Positions 57,137-64,000 of a stretch of DNA of 64,000 nt are shown piece by piece (within the stretch, counting starts at the first letter, position 1; each line of letters begins with the position of its first letter). The DNA lies in assembly GCA_949358305.1 (NCBI GenBank), contig OX442314.1:4588001-4652000 (forward strand), written 5' to 3'. Origin of the DNA: Strigamia acuminata. Its lineage: Eukaryota. Position numbers and translations under genes: made by a program. Below the pieces are notes generated by a model. It ran no database searches, was not told where the DNA came from, and was given only the letters and a program-made list of their open reading frames with translations.

Positions 57137-57676
57137 TGTGACTGGATATGGTCTTACCCGCACAGTATATGAATTTACTACACGGGTGGGACGCATACAT
57201 CACGTAAAGACGATACAGAGACCCCAGATTGTTGGGTTTTGGCCTTTAATCGTTGTCTAGGGGTTTAGGTCTCTCGTCTCACTGTATGGAGTGCTGTTAG
57301 GCACACTACACTGGCAACCGTCCCATCGCACACAGGACGTGAGTCCCATGGGCGACGTGGTCGGTTACGTCGGACGAACATGCTGCCGCACTTTTCTCTT
57401 ACAGCCCATGTGGCCACTCACGGAGGCTGTGGCAGGCACATCTTCTTGCCACTGAGCGTCACAGTGGTGAATGGTGAGAGTGGCAGAGTCAGCAATTGTC
57501 TCTGCTGTGGTTAGGATCGTGGCAGCTCATCCTCGGCTCTCCCAGCAACGTCTCTCTCTTACCACACCACTTTCTCCTCCCCTGCTAAGCCAGTCCACTC
57601 CGTGAGGGGGACGGCTTGGGGCCACTAGGCGGTGTGTGGAGTGACGCCAGTCACCTAGGGTGGCCAAGCGGTCACA
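57137..57676. mobile_element. 540-bp solo-LTR-like insertion; related copies at about 28380-28749, 33930-34017 and 54544-55070
   Basis: TGTGAC...GTCACA ends with 4-bp TSD GTCT. The paralogous site near 30130 is empty. Confidence 0.8.
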
Positions 57677-60600
57677 GTCTCTAATGTTTATTCTGGCGGC
57701 AGTTCTCAGCATATGTTGTAGGGATGTCAATAAATTTGTCTGGGTTGCATATCTGTTTTTCACAAGCACAACAGTCATTTTTAAATTTACCCAATAAATA
57801 TGCCAACCAATAGGAGTTTGTTGTAAGTTTTTGTAAACGAAGTATTATCATATTCTGTTGAACTGATAACGTATCCATGTAAATTACCTGTGTTAACTTG
57901 TGAACAATAACCAAATGGAAGTAGGACAAGACTCGTTGCTATGTTTAGTATTGTTGTGTATCCATAATAATGCTGTAAATATATATTTTATACACTTTGT
58001 ATTGTAAGTTTTTTAAATTTGTATACCTTGCTCAACCCGTCTTTAACACTCATTATTCGATGGATATTTAGGGTCTTCCAAATATCTTCTTACGACAATT
58101 TATTGTTGACCAATTGCCATGGCAATATGTTATTGCAAGTTTTCTTTGTCTGTTTGAGTATCTGCAACCTGGCTAGTTCCATCTCATCACTGCGATTTTC
58201 ACCACAGAGTGTGACGGTTGGAAACTCCATGTAGCGCCGTTGATCTATGGTAATGATTTTTGATATGGGTTCTTCAAGGTAGTAGTTTAAACGAATGTGC
58301 AACAAGTATAGAGTGAATCCTGCACTAATTAAAACGAACATGAATTTAAACTTTCTTAAAACTCCGTTAGTTTTGATTTTCTCTTCACTCTCAGTGACTT
58401 CTTTTTTGGATTTTTCATAAAGTTGTCGAATATCCTCAAGGTTGGTAGTTTTGCGCGTAGTTGTTACAACGAAATACAAATACCATGTGATTTCAGGTAA
58501 TGAAAGTAACGATAAGCCGAGAAATAGTCCCAAATTGCCGCCTAAATCAGATAGTAAAGCAATAATGTCGTAAGTGAACCGCTCTTGATACATGTTGACT
58601 TTCTCATTGGTTAGTGCTAAAGTGAAAGACATTATTTTTTTATCATCTGCTTTGCCGGAGTCTGTGTAGGGTGTAAAAGCCATTTGATGGCACGGAGGTC
58701 GACAATCACAAGTAGTAATTGGGTCTGTGGTGTCAATTAATTTATTGACTATGCCATACTGATGGTTTACAGCAGCTGACCATTCACAAAGTGGTAAGTT
58801 CATCTTCAGAAAAGGAAATCTTAAAAAAAAAAATTAATAAAATTAGTTTGGTTTGTTCAGTGGATTTGATTTGAGCAAAAATGCAGTGCTTAAGTTTGTT
58901 TGATTTACCAAAAATCATTAGCATCACTTGTTAGTAAATTAAACAAATTGATCATAAAATGTCATTTCTTGGGTTAAGTAGGAAGAAATTGCTTTTACCT
59001 GCAGGTTAGATTGTTTTCTAATCTTTTGAACAAGCACTTTTGGTAGCAACCTCTGTATTCATTTTCACTTGAGCACGGGCGTTTTGATGAATTGAGAAAC
59101 ACGTACTGAAATATAAAGATGACTTAGAATAGTTGTTTCATTTTAATTGAGTTTAAATTTTACTTTGTCGTAACTCAAATTGATTTTCACTGCTGTACCA
59201 CTGGCTTTATTTATGTAAAAGTAAATTTTTCCAAAATTATATACTGATAGCCTAATCTATAAGTTAGAAAAAGAAAAAAAATTTTGTTTATCTTGTTGCT
59301 ATTTGATTGTAATTGTTTTTATATTACCCTGAACGTAACTATTGGGCAGACGTCTTCATAAAACTTTTCAAAATTCACTGTTAGTAGTTTTCCAACAAAA
59401 GATTTACTAGAATTCTTATCTGAACACAGTGAAAAGAAGATTAATTTAGTTTTAGGCATAATAAGTTTTGTACTCAATACAATTTCAGATAGCGGATATC
59501 GAATGGACAATACGGTCATCATTACAGTAAAATGACAGCGCCAAGCTTTAACAATATTAAGTTCATTGGGTCATGCTGTTAAGCGAACACAGCAAGGCAA
59601 TTAATTAATCACTTACGAAATCGAAATGCTGAGCACATTCCAAATGTGCTGTCCATTTCCTCCCGGACAAAGCTTTTGTTTGAATATCCCTTTAGAAGTG
59701 TAAATGATTAGATTTTATTCTTTATGAAAATTTTTGATTTTTGCTTTTCTTTTACTTTCATTTTGATGCTCACTATTTCAGGTGTCAAATTAGTTGCTTT
59801 CCAAACTTCGTTCATTTTGTAGGTTGGGCTTGCCATCAGAGTTTTCATCATGTTTATGCAATGTAATGGATGAATTCGACCTGATTTATCTAATTCACTA
59901 CTCTTATTCCAAAGCCTGGCCATTTCTTTTGTATTCGTACTGCAGATTGCAACGTATGGTAAAACGATGTCATCTGATCTACTCGATACATCAACAGCCG
60001 TAGGATAACTTAAGTAATACATTACTCTGTTGTATGTCTGATAAGTGAGAATGCATGTGCAAAATAATAACAAAAGAAGCCATAAAGCGTGAATCTTGCT
60101 CCAACGTCGTTTCTTGTTAATGAAATCATTTAAACCAGTTAAACCGCAGATCGGTTTGTTCGCATCTTCTCTCATTAATTGATGAACTGTCAGACGTAGT
60201 TTTCTGTTCATTTTCATTCCTTAGGTTATTCGCACAACAAATGAGTATATGGATTGAGTGGTTAATAATTACATTTATGATGTTGACAAATGTGAATATC
60301 AACTTGTGAGTTTTGAAACCTGTACGCAGAAGAGATATTGTGCGTTTTTGAATTGAGTTGGTTGTTTCTGCTGTCGACTTTTGCTGAGTTCAAGGTGAAC
60401 TGACAACACGTGTGTATTCATACATAGTTTCCCAGCAACATACTGGTTGATTATAGATAAGTATAGTTCTCTATTCGCTGCGTGCTAATCAGGCATTTCA
60501 GGAGTTAATTGGATAAAAATGAGTTGAATTATTGATGTTGTGACACGGAAAACCAAGAAATACTGATATTGACTGTTGGAACTTTGTGCAGTACAGTAAA

Positions 60601-61016
60601 TGTCCAATAAGCGTTTTCAAAATATTTTAATCCGTTATTTTAAGATTTATCTTGAGATTTAACTCGTTTAAAATATCTATTAAAAAAAATACCCTATTTT
60701 CCCGGTTAAGAGTCGCCCTCGAATTGTAGCCGCCCTCGAATAATAAAAATAAATAATAAAAAAACACTATTAATAATAACACTAATAATAGTTACAATAA
60801 GTTGAATATATCTGCCATATATGACTTTTTTGTGTGGGGACTGTCTCGACGTTTTCGCGGATACAGTTGTCGCGTACTACTTGGTATAGGTTTAAGTAGC
60901 TAACATGTGATACTTTACCTGTGATCTACTTTATGCAAATACCCAAATAAATACTAAATGTATGTAAATGAACAAAAGGTTTTATTCAATAGGCTTGAAG
61001 GCCTTAAAATACACTC

Positions 61017-62046
61017 ACAAGGGGAGAGCACCAATAAGCTATCACAGATTGTTGTAATATTAAACAAGAAGGATTGTTATATCATGCTGAATGAGACCCT
61101 AAAATAATTTCATTCCATAAACAGCCAACAATGCAAACAATGAGCTGAAAGTTGGCACTATTTTGTCTGTGTATACATCAAATCTGAGCAATCAGGCCTA
61201 GTGTATGAATACTGTAAACAACAGTTGCTAGGTAAAAAATAGTTCCAAGATCCAAGTTCAATTTTATCATTTGAGATTCAATGATGTCATTTCCTCTTTT
61301 GATATCACATGACATATGACATCAGAACTTTGTTCAACAACATGACTGTCTTCATGAAGACAATAATAGTTTGTAGTGGTGGTCCAGTGGTTCAGGTAAT
61401 GGACTAGGAATCTTTCCACACAGGTTCAAATCCTGCTGTCTGTGAAAATTTTTTACTTTAATTTTTTAATTTTTTTTAGCAGTAATTTTAATGTTTGTAA
61501 TTTTATGTTTGTTAAAAAATTAAAATTAATTAATTAAAAGTTTTCTAAAAACAAACATAAAATTACAAACATTAAAATTACTGCTAAAAAAAATTAAAAA
61601 ATTAAAGTAAAAACTTTTCACAGACAGCAGGATTTGAACCTGTGTGGAAAGATTCCTAGTCCATTACCTGAACCACTGGACCACCACTACAAACTATTAT
61701 TGTCTTCATGAAGACAGTCATGTTGTTGAACAAAGTTCTGATGTCATATGTCATGTGATATCAAAAGAGGAAATGACATCATTGAATCTCAAATGATAAA
61801 ATTGAACTTGGATCTTGGAACTATTTTTTACCTAGCAACTGTTGTTTACAGTATTCATACACTAGGCCTGATTGCTCAGATTTGATGTATACACAGACAA
61901 AATAGTGCCAACTTTCAGCTCATTGTTTGCATTGTTGGCTGTTTATGGAATGAAATTATTTTAGGGTCTCATTCAACATGATATAACAATCCTTCTTGTT
62001 TAATATTACAACAATCTGTGATAGCTTATTGGTGCTCTCCCCTTGT
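61017..62046. repeat. About 1-kb near-perfect palindrome (foldback element) with a tRNA-like core in each arm
   Basis: Arms about 61017-61513 and 61550-62046 around an AT-rich spacer. A-box-like TGGTCCAGTGG and B-box GGTTCAAATCC at 61379-61433, mirrored at about 61630-61684. Confidence 0.93.
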
Positions 62047-62158
62047 CAGTTATATTCTAAAGTCGACTTGGTCAGAGTTGAACAAAGTGATGTGTTCTTT
62101 GGTCTCGATGAATTGTTATAAAAGTTGTGATAAGTGGAAGTCGGTCAAGAAGCAGCCA

Positions 62159-64000
62159 TGTTATACGGTAAAATTAACATAAGTGATTTATTAATCGAAA
62201 GTAATACAGGGGGCGCTGCGGAAAGCAGACGCGTCATGAAATATGCATAAACAAAATGGAGTTCGGACACTCCAGTATCCCCTTAATTGAAGACAACCAG
62301 GGAATCAATTACAAAGGCAAACTAAAAACATTTAAGGTTAAACAATGAAATCAAAATGTAACAAAAGATTAATAAAAGGTTTACAACAATAAAAACGAAT
62401 CAATTCAATTATCACAATTTCACGGAAAACCATAGAATTTAGTTTTGTTCTTGACTCGAGTTGAAGGAGGCCTACAAGTGACCCGCGGAGGCAATTGCTG
62501 AGCAGGTTGAGGAACACGAGGCATCGGTGGCGGAGAAGGCGGCAACGGTGGCAGCGCAGGGAGCAACGGCGCAGGCAAAAGTGGTGGCGGCGGGGTTGCA
62601 GGCGCGTCAGGCAAGTTCTGGTTAGGCGCGGGCATTACCAGCTGAGTTTGAGGTTGAGGCAGGACGACAGGCGGAACCAAACATGCAGTTTGTGGCATTA
62701 CGAATGGGCCCGAGCTGCATTCATCCCCTTCAATTGGGAGAGGTGGTCCAATTGTCGCACGCTTCCGCAACTGGTCAATGTGACGAGACCACAACACTCC
62801 GGACGCAATTTCGATAACGTACGTGGTCGAAGAAACCTTCTCCTTCACGACTCCCGGAATCCACTTTTCAGTATGTCTATAATCCCGGGCGAAAACGGCG
62901 TCTCCGACTTCGAAACTCCTCGCTGTTTCCAGCAGGACTGCTGGTGGTAGTAGGCGAGGATTTAGGAGATGCAGGCGAGTTTGCATTGTCCGGTGATAGA
63001 ATTCCTCGGCCGGGGTTCGTTTAGTCGTTGCATGTGTCGTCGTTCTATACGAAAAAAGAAATTGTCGAAGTGAGTCAGCAAGGGAAAAGCGCAAATCGAT
63101 GAATTTTTCCATTTGTCGTTTGAATGTGCCGACAAAGCCTTCCACTGCGCCGTTCGTAGCGGGGTGGTACGGCGAAGAGAAGGTGTGACGGATGCCATTT
63201 TCTTCCAGAAAGTCTTTAAATTCACTCGACGTAAACTGGGGTCCATTATCCGAATGGACGTGAATTGGCAAGCCGTGTTGGCAAAACCAATCTTCTAAAA
63301 CAGCAATAGTCGCGGCTGCCGTGGTCGACGTCATCGTACGCACTTCACACCATTTGGACTTCGCATCAACTCCCAGCAAGAACATTTTGCCGAAGAATGG
63401 GCCGGCAAAATCAATGTGTAGGCGGCCCCAAACCTCGTTAGGAATTGGCCATCGGATAGTGTTCGTACGAGGCGGATCGGGCAGCGCTCGTTGGCAGGCA
63501 TCGCAGCTTCTCACAGTCCGTTCAATGTCAACGTCAATGGCTGGCCACCAGACTGTTGACCGTGCCAAAGATTTGGTCCTCACGATGCCAAAGTGGCCTG
63601 CGTGCAACTCGAGGGGAGGATCGACGCACGCAAGTCCGCAGGAACAACTAATCTGTCGTGGAGAAAAAGAAATTCGTTATAAATCGAAAAAGCATCTCGG
63701 TGCTTGTAAAAATCCCGCAGTTCCGGTGCCTTCGTTGGCCATCCATTGCGCACACAGAGAAGCACCTGTTGTAAAAGAGGGTCCGCTGCGTACGCGGATT
63801 GCAAGGCAGGTTTTGAGGCAGGAAAATCTGAAACTGAGACCGAAAATAAAGCGTTAATGTCAAAATCACAGTCTTTCGAAGTGTCGACGACAGGTTGCGG
63901 GTTGCGAGATAGGCCGTCCGCGATCGCGTTGTCCACAGCAGGCAGATGCTCGATTTGGTAGTCATAAGCGGACAGGAAAATTGCCCACCTGTGCAATCGA
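62159..64000 (-). mobile_element. 3' part of Mag-like Ty3/Gypsy element E (RNase H end, integrase, putative 111-bp LTR 62159-62269)
   Basis: 'RWAIFLSAYDYQI', 'HAGHFGIVRTK', 'HIDFAGP', 'SDNGPQF'. Frameshift near 63610. The LTR is inferred only from TG..CA ends and a purine tract. Confidence 0.88.

Larger units (their letters stand above)
53537..60217 (-). pseudogene. DEG/ENaC tandem-subunit gene, copy 2, probable pseudogene
   Basis: Colinear paralogue of 22210-32681 in exons and introns. In-frame TAA at 58090-58092 where copy 1 has TTA (NNKLS* vs NNELSLEDIWK). One extra base near 53826 in the last exon (ACTTTTCAACTGTAA vs ACTTGCAAATGTAAA). Confidence 0.85.

Noticed and set aside
61372..61444. 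Functional tRNA gene
   Set aside because: A and B boxes are present but acceptor and anticodon stems pair poorly, and it sits inside a palindromic repeat.

Overview
AT-rich animal (probably invertebrate) genomic DNA. It holds two tandem paralogues of an intron-rich DEG/ENaC (pickpocket/ASIC-like) channel gene, buried in transposons. Each paralogue encodes two channel subunits fused in one polypeptide. Copy 1 (32681->22210) splices cleanly over 11 exons to about 792 aa; copy 2 (60217->53537) has a nonsense codon and a frameshift. Two related Ty3/Gypsy elements (A, 959-21563, minus, dead; B, 36763-48552, plus, intact and young) have ~1000-aa Gag, a -1 frameshift into Pol, a tRNA-Pro PBS and a conserved third gene that is not env-like. 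In both, that third gene appears to be spliced across a sense-strand GT-AG intron. Nested in A is a young 9.4-kb non-autonomous LTR element (1914-bp LTRs, tRNA-Gln PBS, no gag/pol) carrying one orphan ORF. The window also has two Mag-like Gypsy elements, solo LTRs, a Tc1 relic, MITEs, minisatellites, a ~1-kb palindrome with tRNA-like cores, and a junction where 1-958 duplicates 22520-23477. All calls are by-eye motif and alignment reading; no searches were run.
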